Shown here: positions 29,150 through 38,110 of the stretch, piece after piece
Layout of the letters: every line of letters begins with the position of its first letter
How positions within the stretch are numbered: the first letter of the stretch is position 1
The notes under the pieces: model-generated
What the model saw: only the letters and a program-made list of their open reading frames with translations
Told to the model about the DNA's origin: nothing
Database searches by the model: none
Made by a program: the position numbers and the translations under genes
DNA from: Bdellovibrionales bacterium
GTDB lineage: Bacteria > Bdellovibrionota > Bdellovibrionia > Bdellovibrionales > UBA1609
Assembly: GCA_965203095.1 (NCBI GenBank)
Contig: OZ241877.1
Coordinates: forward strand, 1,408,001 to 1,472,000
Length of the DNA: 64,000 bases
Reading direction: 5' to 3'

Positions 29150-30121
29150 ATGAAAATCAAAACTCAAAAAACCAGAAAAGAACTTGGGGAGTTTTCGGTA
29201 TTAAAGCCCGGAAACCATCACGACAAATTTTTTAAAAGATTCTATTCTCAGCCTCAATTTGCTGAGGAGATTGTGAGATTGATATTGTCTAAAGAGGAGT
29301 TAAAAGCCTGTAATCTATCAAAACTCAAAGTAGAAAAAAGCCTTTTTAAAGATAAGCAAATGGACTTGGTTTTGTCTTTTCCCCTAAAAAACTTTCCTAA
29401 AAGCCAGATCAGGATAGTCGTCCTGTTTGAGCACAAGTCCAAATATGACAAAAATCTCTTTAAGCAGGTTTTAAGGTATCAGACAAAGCTTTATGAGCAG
29501 TCCCAACAGAGGATAGTAGTAATTCCTGTTTTGTTTTATCACGGAAAAGTCCCTTGGAGTTGGAAGTTGTCTTTTCAGGAGGCTGTTTTAGGAGAGTTTT
29601 TTTTAAAAATTCCTCGATCTTTTAGAAAAAACATGTTAAATTATGGTTTGAGGTTATTGAATACAGGGGATAGGAGGGTTCAGAGGGTTTTTGATGATCG
29701 GAGTTTTAAGACGGGTCGGGTTTTACAGTTGTTGGACCGTGTGTGGTTTTTAAAGGATAATGAGCGGGAGTTGCGGGAGGTATTATTTGCTTTTTTTAGG
29801 GTTTTTAAGCGTGATGAGTGGATATTGGCTGTGGCCAAGTATTTGAGGTCGGCGGGGGTGAGTTTTAAACTTTGGAACAAGTTGGAGGAAGAGGCTATTA
29901 AGAAGGCTTTATTAAAGAAAGGAGGCTATATGGACATAAAAGAGGAAATTCGGCTGGAAGGTCGCTGGGAAGGCGAAAAAAAAGGCTTTAGAAAAGGCCG
30001 GCAAGAGGGACGGGAGGAAGTTATCCGGAATATGTTGAGAGAAAAGGTAGATTTGGCTTTCATCTCTAAAGTGACGGGCCTACCTGTTCGAGAGATTAAA
30101 AAGCTTAAAAACGGTTCTTGA
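29150..30121 (+). CDS. Rpn/YhgA-family PD-(D/E)XK nuclease (putative transposase family)
   Basis: HDKFFKRFYS, MDLVL...LFEHKS, VIPVLFYHG, C-terminal EGREE...ISKVTGL; AGGAG RBS. Confidence 0.9.
   Translation: MKIKTQKTRKELGEFSVLKPGNHHDKFFKRFYSQPQFAEEIVRLILSKEELKACNLSKLKVEKSLFKDKQMDLVLSFPLKNFPKSQIRIVVLFEHKSKYDKNLFKQVLRYQTKLYEQSQQRIVVIPVLFYHGKVPWSWKLSFQEAVLGEFFLKIPRSFRKNMLNYGLRLLNTGDRRVQRVFDDRSFKTGRVLQLLDRVWFLKDNERELREVLFAFFRVFKRDEWILAVAKYLRSAGVSFKLWNKLEEEAIKKALLKKGGYMDIKEEIRLEGRWEGEKKGFRKGRQEGREEVIRNMLREKVDLAFISKVTGLPVREIKKLKNGS
29930..30121 (+). CDS. Internal in-frame small protein (RpnS-like antitoxin), 63 aa
   Basis: AAAGGAGG-CTAT-ATG inside rpn, in frame (offset 780 nt): MDIKEEIRLEG...KNGS. 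Confidence 0.7.
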   Translation: MDIKEEIRLEGRWEGEKKGFRKGRQEGREEVIRNMLREKVDLAFISKVTGLPVREIKKLKNGS

Positions 30122-30303
30122 TTCTTTTTTAGTTTGTTTGTCCGTGTTTTGTCACTTTAGAGATGGGCTTGTTTAAAAAGCCCCTTATAAAAAGCTCTTT
30201 GGCTTTGTCTTTTAAGCTGAATTTTTCGAGGTTTATTTTGTTGCCCTTCTGAGGGGAAGGAGTATAGATAAAGATCAGAGAGAAAAATAGAGGGTTTTGA
30301 GGC

Positions 30304-31043
30304 TTAATCCACCCAGTTAATCTTGTCTGCTTTCAATGCTCCTTTTAATGATCCAAGATATTGATATTTTGAGTCTATATAAGCTCCTTCCAAGTTTGCC
30401 TTTCTAAAGGTTGCCCCCCTCAAGATTGCCTCTCTCAAGTCTGCCCCTTTTAAGTTTGCCTTTGTCAAGTTTGCCTTTATCAAGCTTGCCCCTGTCAAGT
30501 TCGCCCTTGTCAAGTTCGCCTTTGTCAAGTTCGCCTTAAACAAGTTTGCCCTTCTCAAGTCTGCATTTGTCAAGTCTGCCTTATACAGGTTAGCCCATAC
30601 CAAATCTGCATTTGCAAGTTAGCCCTTCTCAAGGTTGTCTTATACAAGTTAGCCTTATACAACTTAGCCCCTTGCAAATTTGCCCCGGTTAAGTTTGCCT
30701 TATACAAGTTTGCTTGCCTCAAGTCTGCTCCTGTCAAGTCTGCCTCATTCAACATCGCCCTCCGCAAGTCCGCTCCCGCCAAATCTTTTTTTCCTTGTTT
30801 TATTTTTTGTATCAAAATCCCTTGTTTTTTTTGCTCTTCTGAAGTGAGGGGGGGCAAAACAAAAGCAGGGGATCCCCCACTATTTATCAAGTTAGCCCCT
30901 CTCAAGTCTGCTCCCGCCAAATCTTTTTCCCCTTTCTTTATTTGTGCAATAAGACTCCCTTGTTTTATTGGATCAACTGGTTTAAGCGACTCCCCCTGAG
31001 CTGGGATTGCAAAAAATAAAAGAATTAAAATGATTTGTTTCAT
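30304..31043 (-). pseudogene. Secreted pentapeptide-repeat protein (class A-like head), -1 frameshift near 30615
   Basis: AAC TTG (A)CA AAT GCA GAT TTG: one missing A splits ORFs 30570-31070 and 30304-30603; tail GALKADKINWVD. Confidence 0.85.
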
Positions 31044-31343
31044 GTTCCCTCCGTTTAAGGATTGTTTCATGTTTACTTTATCGGCTGGTTGTCCGTGTTT
31101 TTAAAGTCCTGTTTTTTAAAACTTGACTTTAGTTCTTTAAGTTCTTTTGAGAGGCTGTCTATTTTTTCATTGGCTGATTTTAATTCCTGTTTTAGCTGAT
31201 CGTCCGTTTTGCTGAGGGCTTTTAGCTCTGAGTTTTGGACTTTAAACTTTGCCTCTATTGTGGATTTGTTTAAAAAACTTTAGAAAAAAATGGCCAGATC
31301 AGGCAAAAAAACTAAAAAATTGCCTATAAAAAATCTCTGTTCT

Positions 31344-31447
31344 TTATCGCACAAGCAAAAGCCAGCGGTGAGGGTCCAAGGTATTTTTCCCGCGAACAAG
31401 CTGGACTTTTTGCTTGTGCGATCCATTAAATGTAGATTTTTTGCGAG
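31344..31447 (-). mobile_element. Hairpin element, variant 2 of the MITE-like family
   Basis: Minus strand ATCGCACAAGCAAAAAGTCCAGC-TTGTTCGCGGGAAAAATACCTTGGACCCTCACC-GCTGGCTTTTGCTTGTGCGAT. Confidence 0.7.
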
Positions 31448-31479
31448 AAAAACCCCTGTTTTTACGAGAACAGGCTTTT

Positions 31480-31680
31480 CTGGATTCCCGTTTTCACGGG
31501 AATGACTGGTTTTGCGGGAGCCAGAAAGCCTGGGGAGCTTTCTGGCAAGGTTCGGCGGGAAATGACTGTTTTTGCGGGAGCTAAAAAGCCCAGTGGGCTT
31601 TCGGGCAAACTCGGCAAGAACTAAAAAGCCTGGGGAGCTTTCTGGCCAGCTCGGCGGGAACGACTTGCTTTTTCACGGAG
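31480..31680. repeat. Composite palindromic repeat cluster
   Basis: CTGGATTCCCGTTTTCACGGGAATGAC followed by three AAAGCCTGGGGAGCTTT-like hairpin units; related modules at 6960-7050 and 56840-56886. Confidence 0.65.
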
Positions 31681-31776
31681 GATCGTATTAGAATAAAAGC
31701 TACATATCAGAAATAAGGCTTTTACTTGAAAAAGCTTTACTGTCTTTAAGACTGAAAATTCCTTAAAGGAGGGTAA

Positions 31777-33141
31777 ATGGGTTTAAATGCTATTGTTTTA
31801 GCGGCAGGTCGTGGAGAGAGAATGGCCAGCCCACTGCCTAAAGTCATTCACCCTGTAGCGGGTGAGCCTATGCTGGCTCGAATTTTAAAAGCCATTTCTG
31901 CCATTCGTCCTCAACAGATTCGTGTTGTGGCCGGGCCAGCAAGCCATATTGTCAGCTCCATTGCAGGAAGATTTAATGCTCTTTGTTTTCAACAAAATGA
32001 AGAAAAATGGGGAACGGCAGGGGCCGTTTTGGCCGCACGGCCAGAAGAAATGGAAGGAGATGTTTTAATTGTCAACGGAGATCATCCTTTAATTCAACCT
32101 GTTGATTTGTCTCAATTTATCCGCTCTTACAGGGAGCATTCTGCTGACTGTGCTGTGGCCTCTTTTAAAAATTCCCAAACATCTGAATACGGCCGTTTGA
32201 TTTTTGAGGGAGAACAATTAAAAGATATTGTGGAATCTTATGAAGTGGAAAAAACAAAAACTCTCAGTCCCTTCGTTAATGCAGGCTTTTATTTGGTTAA
32301 AGCGGATTTACTAAAGCAGAATTTAAAAGAAATTAAAAAAAATGTTAAAGAGGAATACAACTTTACTGATCTCATTTCCATATTGCATAAAAAGAATTAC
32401 AAAATAAAAGCCATAGAGATCTCTTGGAGTGCGGCTTTTGGAGTCAATAACCAAAGAGAGCTTTCCCTGGCCTCAGCCATTGCTTTTGAAAATAGTGCCT
32501 ACCGGCACATGGAAAATGGGGTTATGATCATGGATTTAAAAAACACCTATATTGAAGAAAATGTTTTAATAGGAAAAGGTTCTTTAATTTACCCTGGAGT
32601 TCACTTAAGGGGAAAAACAAGAATTGGGGCTTTTTGTGCTATTGAATCCAATGTTTGTATTTTTGACTCCCTTATAAAAAATTATGTAAATGTTAAAGCC
32701 GGCTCTTATATTGATGGGGCTATCGTGGGGGAAAAATCAGTGATTGGGCCTTACGCTCACTTAAGGCCGGAGACAGAAATTGGCAACAACTGTCGAGTAG
32801 GAAACTTTGTGGAGACTAAAAAAATCAAAATGGGAGATGGCTCAAAAACAGCTCATCTTTCTTACTTAGGCGATGCAGAAATAGGAGATAATGTCAACAT
32901 TGGTTGTGGGGTCGTCACATGCAATTATGGAGTAGATAAAAAAAAGCGAAAGACAAAAATTGGTAGTCATGCTTTTATTGGGAGCGGTGCTCAGTTGATT
33001 GCTCCTGTGGAAATTGGCGAATCGGCTGTAGTGGGTGCAGGTTCTACTGTAGCTAAAAATGTTCCGGAAGGGCATCTGGCTATAGAACGGGCAGAGCAAA
33101 AAAACATTAAAGACTACCATAAAAAGAAAGACAAAAAATAA
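31777..33141 (+). CDS. glmU: Bifunctional GlcNAc-1-P uridyltransferase/acetyltransferase
   Basis: LAAGRGERM, GPYAHLRP, GNFVETK, HLSYLGDA. Confidence 0.96.
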   Translation: MGLNAIVLAAGRGERMASPLPKVIHPVAGEPMLARILKAISAIRPQQIRVVAGPASHIVSSIAGRFNALCFQQNEEKWGTAGAVLAARPEEMEGDVLIVNGDHPLIQPVDLSQFIRSYREHSADCAVASFKNSQTSEYGRLIFEGEQLKDIVESYEVEKTKTLSPFVNAGFYLVKADLLKQNLKEIKKNVKEEYNFTDLISILHKKNYKIKAIEISWSAAFGVNNQRELSLASAIAFENSAYRHMENGVMIMDLKNTYIEENVLIGKGSLIYPGVHLRGKTRIGAFCAIESNVCIFDSLIKNYVNVKAGSYIDGAIVGEKSVIGPYAHLRPETEIGNNCRVGNFVETKKIKMGDGSKTAHLSYLGDAEIGDNVNIGCGVVTCNYGVDKKKRKTKIGSHAFIGSGAQLIAPVEIGESAVVGAGSTVAKNVPEGHLAIERAEQKNIKDYHKKKDKK

Positions 33142-34977
33142 ATGTGTGGGATCTTAGCTTATTCCGGACCTCGCAATGTGACGGAGGTTTTAATCGATGG
33201 GTTAAAAAAGCTGGAGTATCGCGGTTATGACAGTGCGGGGCTGGCTTTTTTTGGTAAAAAAAATATTCAGCACTTTCGGGTTTGTGGTGGGGTGAATGAT
33301 TTAGAAAAAAAGGTTCGCAAACTCTCCTATAAAAACTCTTCAGGTATAGGGCACACTCGCTGGGCCACTCAGGGTGCCCCTTCGGAAAAGAATGCTCATC
33401 CCCATCGCTCTCACTCTATTTATGTAGTCCATAACGGAGTGATAGAAAACACTGAGGAGATCCGGCAGATCCTTGGCCCCAACCCCCTTTTGTTGTCGGA
33501 CACTGATACTGAACTCATCCCCCACTTGATAAATCACTTCTGCAAGAAAAAGAGTTTCCTTAAAAGCACTTTAAAATGTGCCGGCCTTTTAAAAGGTTCT
33601 TATGCTGTTGTGGCCATACATGCAAAACATCCGGGGGAAATGATTGCCTTTAAATCCGGTCCTCCTCTTCTTTTTTGTAAAAAGAAAAATGAATTTTTTA
33701 TCTGTAGCGATTCACAAGCTGTTGGGAAAGGGCCTCTTTCAGCTCTTTTTTTAGAGGATGAAGAACTGTTATTTTTTAAAAACAATCAAGCTCAAATTTT
33801 TAACTTTAAAGGGGAAAAGCTTTCCCGCCGTTTTAAAAAACTCTCCCCTAAAAAAAAGAGCAATGGGAAAGGCCCTCACCCTCACTTTATGATTAAAGAG
33901 ATTTTAGAACAACCTCAAGCCATTTCCCGTTTAATAAATCGGCATATTGACAAAAAGAAGAAAGCTATAGCTTTAAAGCTTTCAAAAGGAAGCGAAAACG
34001 GGTGGAACTCTCTTTTGAAAAACTCTTCTGACTTGCTCATTTTAGCTTGTGGAAGCAGTTATTACTCCGCCCTATTTGCCAAATATATATTGGAGGAGAT
34101 AGGAGGGATTAAAGTTCATGCAGAAATGGCCAGTGAGTTTATTTATAAAAAATCCATCACAACTCCAGGTGCCCCTGCTTTATTGATATCACAAAGTGGT
34201 GAGACAGCTGACATTTTAACAGCTCTCAAGCAGACAAAAAAAAAGGCTTTGAAAAGCTTTAGCTTATGCAATGTCGCTAACTCTACTTTGGAACGAAAAG
34301 CCTGTTGGGCTTTAGACATGGAGGCCGGCCCGGAAATAGCTGTAGCCAGCACTAAAAGCTTTTCCTCCTCTATTATGTCACTAATACTGTTGGCCTTCCA
34401 TATTGCAAAACTTAAAGGTTGGCCGGTTAAAGAAAGGTTTTTTGTCCGATCCCTTTTGGCTTTTCCTTCAGATATGGAGAAGGCTTTAAACTGCCGATCA
34501 ATATTTTTAAAAATTATGAATAAGCTCAAAAAAGGCCAATCTTTTTTTTACTTGGGGAGAGGGTCTTATTACCCCATAGCTTTAGAGGGGGCTTTAAAGT
34601 TAAAGGAGGTGGCTTACCTTCACGCAGAGGGATACCCCTCTGGGGAAATGAAACACGGCCCCTTGGCTTTGATAGACAAAAACTCTATAATTGTCGCTTT
34701 ACTACCGTATAAAGGAGAGCTTTACAAAAAAAGCCTTATCAATTTAAAAGAGGCTAAAACTCGTGGTGCTCGTATCCTCTCTATAGGAGGCCCTAAAAAA
34801 GACAGAGAGTTAAAAGGGCTGAGTGATTATATTTTGCCTTTGCCGGAAAGCCACAAACTCCTTCATCCTTTACTCTCCCTCATCCCTTGCCAACTTATGG
34901 CTTACTCTATCTCCATAAGTAATAGCTTGAATCCGGACCGACCTCGCAACTTGGCCAAATCGGTGACAGTGGAGTGA
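33142..34977 (+). CDS. glmS: Glutamine-fructose-6-phosphate transaminase
   Basis: MCGI, LEYRGYDSAG, GHTRWAT, PRNLAKSVTVE. Confidence 0.97.
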   Translation: MCGILAYSGPRNVTEVLIDGLKKLEYRGYDSAGLAFFGKKNIQHFRVCGGVNDLEKKVRKLSYKNSSGIGHTRWATQGAPSEKNAHPHRSHSIYVVHNGVIENTEEIRQILGPNPLLLSDTDTELIPHLINHFCKKKSFLKSTLKCAGLLKGSYAVVAIHAKHPGEMIAFKSGPPLLFCKKKNEFFICSDSQAVGKGPLSALFLEDEELLFFKNNQAQIFNFKGEKLSRRFKKLSPKKKSNGKGPHPHFMIKEILEQPQAISRLINRHIDKKKKAIALKLSKGSENGWNSLLKNSSDLLILACGSSYYSALFAKYILEEIGGIKVHAEMASEFIYKKSITTPGAPALLISQSGETADILTALKQTKKKALKSFSLCNVANSTLERKACWALDMEAGPEIAVASTKSFSSSIMSLILLAFHIAKLKGWPVKERFFVRSLLAFPSDMEKALNCRSIFLKIMNKLKKGQSFFYLGRGSYYPIALEGALKLKEVAYLHAEGYPSGEMKHGPLALIDKNSIIVALLPYKGELYKKSLINLKEAKTRGARILSIGGPKKDRELKGLSDYILPLPESHKLLHPLLSLIPCQLMAYSISISNSLNPDRPRNLAKSVTVE

Positions 34978-35166
34978 GAGGCAAAAATCTTTCATATCCT
35001 TAAAAATTTGCTAAAAAGTTCATATCTTAAATTTTATGTCTTAAACCTTAAACCTTAAACCTTAAACATGAAAATTTTACATTTTTTTAAAAAAACTGTT
35101 GAAAAAAGTCTAACAGGTATGACATAACAACATGGTTTTTTAAATAAAATTAAAAGGAGGCTAAAC

Positions 35167-36180
35167 ATGAAAATCATAAGTTTTTTTATGTCATTTTTAT
35201 TTAGTGTATCTGCTTTTTCAGCAGAGAGACCCCCTTGCAATGGGCAAAAAGGGGCTGAGCACAGCAATGGTGGTGGCTTTGTAGCCAGAACGGCTAATGT
35301 GGATGAGTCGGCTTATATCGGGCCTTATGCTATGGTTTGTGATGACGCCAGAGTGGCTGATTTTGCCAGTATTGTTGACCAAGCAATGGTGGCTGGTTAT
35401 GCGAAAGTGGCAGACAGTGCAATAGTGGCTGGCACCTCGATAGTTGATGACTTCGCCATGGTTTTAGGCAATGCAATAGTTGATGATAATGCCATGGTCC
35501 TTGGCAATGCAATAGTTGATGACAATGCCATGGTTCTTGACAATGCAGTAATCACTGATGATGTCATAGTTTCTGATTTTGCAAAAGTTTATGGTTCTGC
35601 CGAAGTTGATCATTCTGCACGAGTAGCTGACTCTGCCAAAGTTTTTGGTTCTGCCAAAGTTTTTGGTTCTTCCGGAATTTTTGATTATGCCAGAGTTTAT
35701 GGCAATGCCGAAGTTTTTGATACCAGAGTGGTTGACTATGCAGAAGTTTATGGTTCTGCCAAAGTTTCTAGTTTGTTTTTCTTGGCCGAAATTTCTGACT
35801 ATGCAGAGGTTTCTGGTAATGCAAATGTCTTGGGTTCAAAAATTTCCGGTAGTGCTAAAGTTTCTGATAATGCCAAAGTTTATGGTTCTGCTTATGGTTC
35901 TGCAAAAGTTTATGGTAATGCAGAAGTTTATGGTAATGCAAGAGTTAAGGATTCTGCAAAAGTTTCTGATTTTGCAAAAGTTTATGGTTCTGCCGAAGTT
36001 ACGGGTAATGCAGAAGTTTATGGTAATGCAAGAGTTAAGGATTCTGCAAAAGTTAAGGACTATGCAGAAGTTTCTTACCGTGCCGGAGTTTCTGGTAATG
36101 CAAAAGTTTCTGGTTCTGCAAGAGTCACTGGCCATGCCAGAGTTTCTGGTAATGTAAGTTCTGGAACAATTAATAAATAG
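35167..36180 (+). CDS. Secreted hexapeptide-repeat (left-handed beta-helix-like) protein
   Basis: AGGAGG RBS, signal peptide, HSNGGGFVA then (V/I)YGNA(E/K) hexapeptide repeats. Confidence 0.85.
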   Translation: MKIISFFMSFLFSVSAFSAERPPCNGQKGAEHSNGGGFVARTANVDESAYIGPYAMVCDDARVADFASIVDQAMVAGYAKVADSAIVAGTSIVDDFAMVLGNAIVDDNAMVLGNAIVDDNAMVLDNAVITDDVIVSDFAKVYGSAEVDHSARVADSAKVFGSAKVFGSSGIFDYARVYGNAEVFDTRVVDYAEVYGSAKVSSLFFLAEISDYAEVSGNANVLGSKISGSAKVSDNAKVYGSAYGSAKVYGNAEVYGNARVKDSAKVSDFAKVYGSAEVTGNAEVYGNARVKDSAKVKDYAEVSYRAGVSGNAKVSGSARVTGHARVSGNVSSGTINK

Positions 36181-36206
36181 GTTTTGACAAATTTTGATAT
36201 AGAGGG

Positions 36207-36235
36207 ATAAGGGGGAGATAATATCTCCCCCTTAT
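36207..36235. terminator. Probable bidirectional terminator
   Basis: ATAAGGGGGAGATA...ATCTCCCCCTTAT hairpin between convergent genes. Confidence 0.75.
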
Positions 36236-36281
36236 TTTATTTGGCTCGTGAAAAAGCGAACACATACAGGAATGACTATTT

Positions 36282-37073
36282 TTAGGATCGTGGGTCAAAG
36301 CGTTCTCTTAAAAACTCTCCCAAGTAATTTAAGCTCAACAAGAAAAAAAACAGGGTCAACCCCGGAAACAAAATAATATGAGGGGCTGAAAAGATATAAG
36401 CTCTTCCCATACCTAAGAGACTTCCCCAAGAGGGATTTTCCAAAGAAACTCCTAAACCTAAAAAACTTAAACCCGATTCAGCAATTAAAACAGCTGAGGA
36501 TTGAAAAATCGCATGCACAGCCATTAAGCCAAAAAGGCTGGGCCATAAGTGTTTCCAAATTAAAAAAGCTGGAGAGGCTCCGGAGCCAAGAGCTTGCAAA
36601 ACAAATTCTTTTTTCTTTAAATGTTTTATCTCTCCCCTTACCAATCGAGCAAAGCCCGCCCAAGTTGAAAAACTTAAAGCAAAAATCAAATTGAGTGCAG
36701 ATCCCCCCCACATAGCCATTAAAGCCAAAGCCATTAAAAATTTTGGAAAAGCCAAAACTCCATCGGCTAAAGCCATGATGAGCCTTTCCAGCCACCCCCC
36801 CCAATAACCCGCCCAAGTCCCTAAAAACAAGCCAGACAAAAGGCTCAAAAACAGCACACTAAAAGTCACAGTGAGACTCACCCTTGATCCATAAATTATT
36901 TCTGAGAGAAGATCCCTTCCATCTTCATCCAAACCCAAAGGATGAGATAAAGACGGGCGAGATAAACTTTTTGAGAGATCAATATGATAAGGATCATAGT
37001 TAACAATTAAAGGAGCTAACAGGGCTGAAAAAACAACAACTAAAAGAAAAAACACAGAAAAATATTTCATCAT
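36282..37073 (-). CDS. Peptide ABC transporter permease (DppC/OppC)
   Basis: HPLGLDEDGRD, ARLVRG, ESGLSFLGLG. Confidence 0.92.
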   Translation of the reverse strand: MMKYFSVFFLLVVVFSALLAPLIVNYDPYHIDLSKSLSRPSLSHPLGLDEDGRDLLSEIIYGSRVSLTVTFSVLFLSLLSGLFLGTWAGYWGGWLERLIMALADGVLAFPKFLMALALMAMWGGSALNLIFALSFSTWAGFARLVRGEIKHLKKKEFVLQALGSGASPAFLIWKHLWPSLFGLMAVHAIFQSSAVLIAESGLSFLGLGVSLENPSWGSLLGMGRAYIFSAPHIILFPGLTLFFFLLSLNYLGEFLRERFDPRS

Positions 37074-37088
37074 TATACCTTTAAAAAC

Positions 37089-38015
37089 TTATTCTTCCTT
37101 CATGAAAGGGTTAAAAACAGAGTAAAGCCAGTCGGTCCAGCGGTTGATAAAAACATAAATTAAAGCAATAAATAAAACTAAAGCTTGAACTAAGGGGTAA
37201 TCTCGGCTCACAATTGATTGATAAAGTAAGTGGCCAATGCCCGGACGATCAAAAAGGCTTTCCACAATTACTGTTCCAGTAAGCAAAGCCCCCATCTGCA
37301 AACCTAAAACCGTTATTATGGGAATAACAGCGTTTTTTAAAACATGACGAAAGTAAACTTTTGTTTGAGAAAGCCCTTTGGCCTGAGCTGTGCGAACAAA
37401 ATCTGAAGACGAAACCTCTAAAATAGAAGCTCTTCCCACCTTCATTAAAACAGCTCCTAAAGGCAAGGCCAAACTGAGAGAGGGCAAAAACAGGTGAGAA
37501 AAACCACCATAACCACTGACGGGAAACCAAGCCAGCCTCTCGGCAAAAAACCAAATCAAGAGTGGGGCAGAGACAAAAACAGGAATGGAGAAAAAAACAA
37601 GAGGGAAAAAATCAAAAACTTTCTCCCAACTTTTAAAAAAAGGATGGGAAGACACAAGAGCCAAAGGCAAAGCCCAAGCCAAGGCCATAAATAAAGATAA
37701 CAGGCTTAAAGAAAGTGTCCAAGGGAACTGCTGAGCAATGGTTAGCACCACGAGATCTCCAGTATGAATGGACTGGCCTAAATCTAAATGAAGGGCACGC
37801 CATAAAAAACTCGCATACTGGCTAATAAAGCTTTTGTTTAGGCCCAACTCCTGCCTTAACTGCTCCTTATCCTCAAGGTTAGCTCCATCTTGCAAAATAA
37901 AATCTACAGGATCCCCCGGTATCAAAAACATAAGAAAAAACACAGCAGAGACAATAGCAAAAACAACCAGAACATTGGCTATTGTTTTTTTAAAAAAGCT
38001 TTGTATCTTTTTCAT
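37089..38015 (-). CDS. Peptide ABC transporter permease (DppB/OppB)
   Basis: IPGDP, DFVRTAQAKGL, RDYPLVQ. Confidence 0.92.
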   Translation of the reverse strand: MKKIQSFFKKTIANVLVVFAIVSAVFFLMFLIPGDPVDFILQDGANLEDKEQLRQELGLNKSFISQYASFLWRALHLDLGQSIHTGDLVVLTIAQQFPWTLSLSLLSLFMALAWALPLALVSSHPFFKSWEKVFDFFPLVFFSIPVFVSAPLLIWFFAERLAWFPVSGYGGFSHLFLPSLSLALPLGAVLMKVGRASILEVSSSDFVRTAQAKGLSQTKVYFRHVLKNAVIPIITVLGLQMGALLTGTVIVESLFDRPGIGHLLYQSIVSRDYPLVQALVLFIALIYVFINRWTDWLYSVFNPFMKEE

Positions 38016-38110
38016 ATTTTTAATCTTTATTTTTATGGCTTTTGCTTATGCGATCTATCAAATGTAGACTTTTTCACAAACAACTAAATATAAAGAGTAA
38101 ATATAAAGTA

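Larger units (their letters stand above)
28803..30340 (+). repeat. ~1.55 kb inverted duplication, copy 1 (Rpn module)
   Basis: Reverse-complement match to 61266-62886, from signal-peptide codons through rpn to the ALN(T/K)DKINWVD tail. Confidence 0.92.

Noticed and set aside
26600..31105. Integron or DGR interpretation of the cassette arrays
   Set aside because: No tyrosine integrase, the tail is not an attC-like palindrome, and there is no reverse transcriptase or adenine-specific TR/VR pair.
34978..35166. Tn7 insertion at the glmS attTn7 site
   Set aside because: No Tn7-like ends or tns genes are visible.
35645..36157. Overlapping 170-aa ORF with MQKF repeats
   Set aside because: Alternative frame of the hexapeptide-repeat gene.
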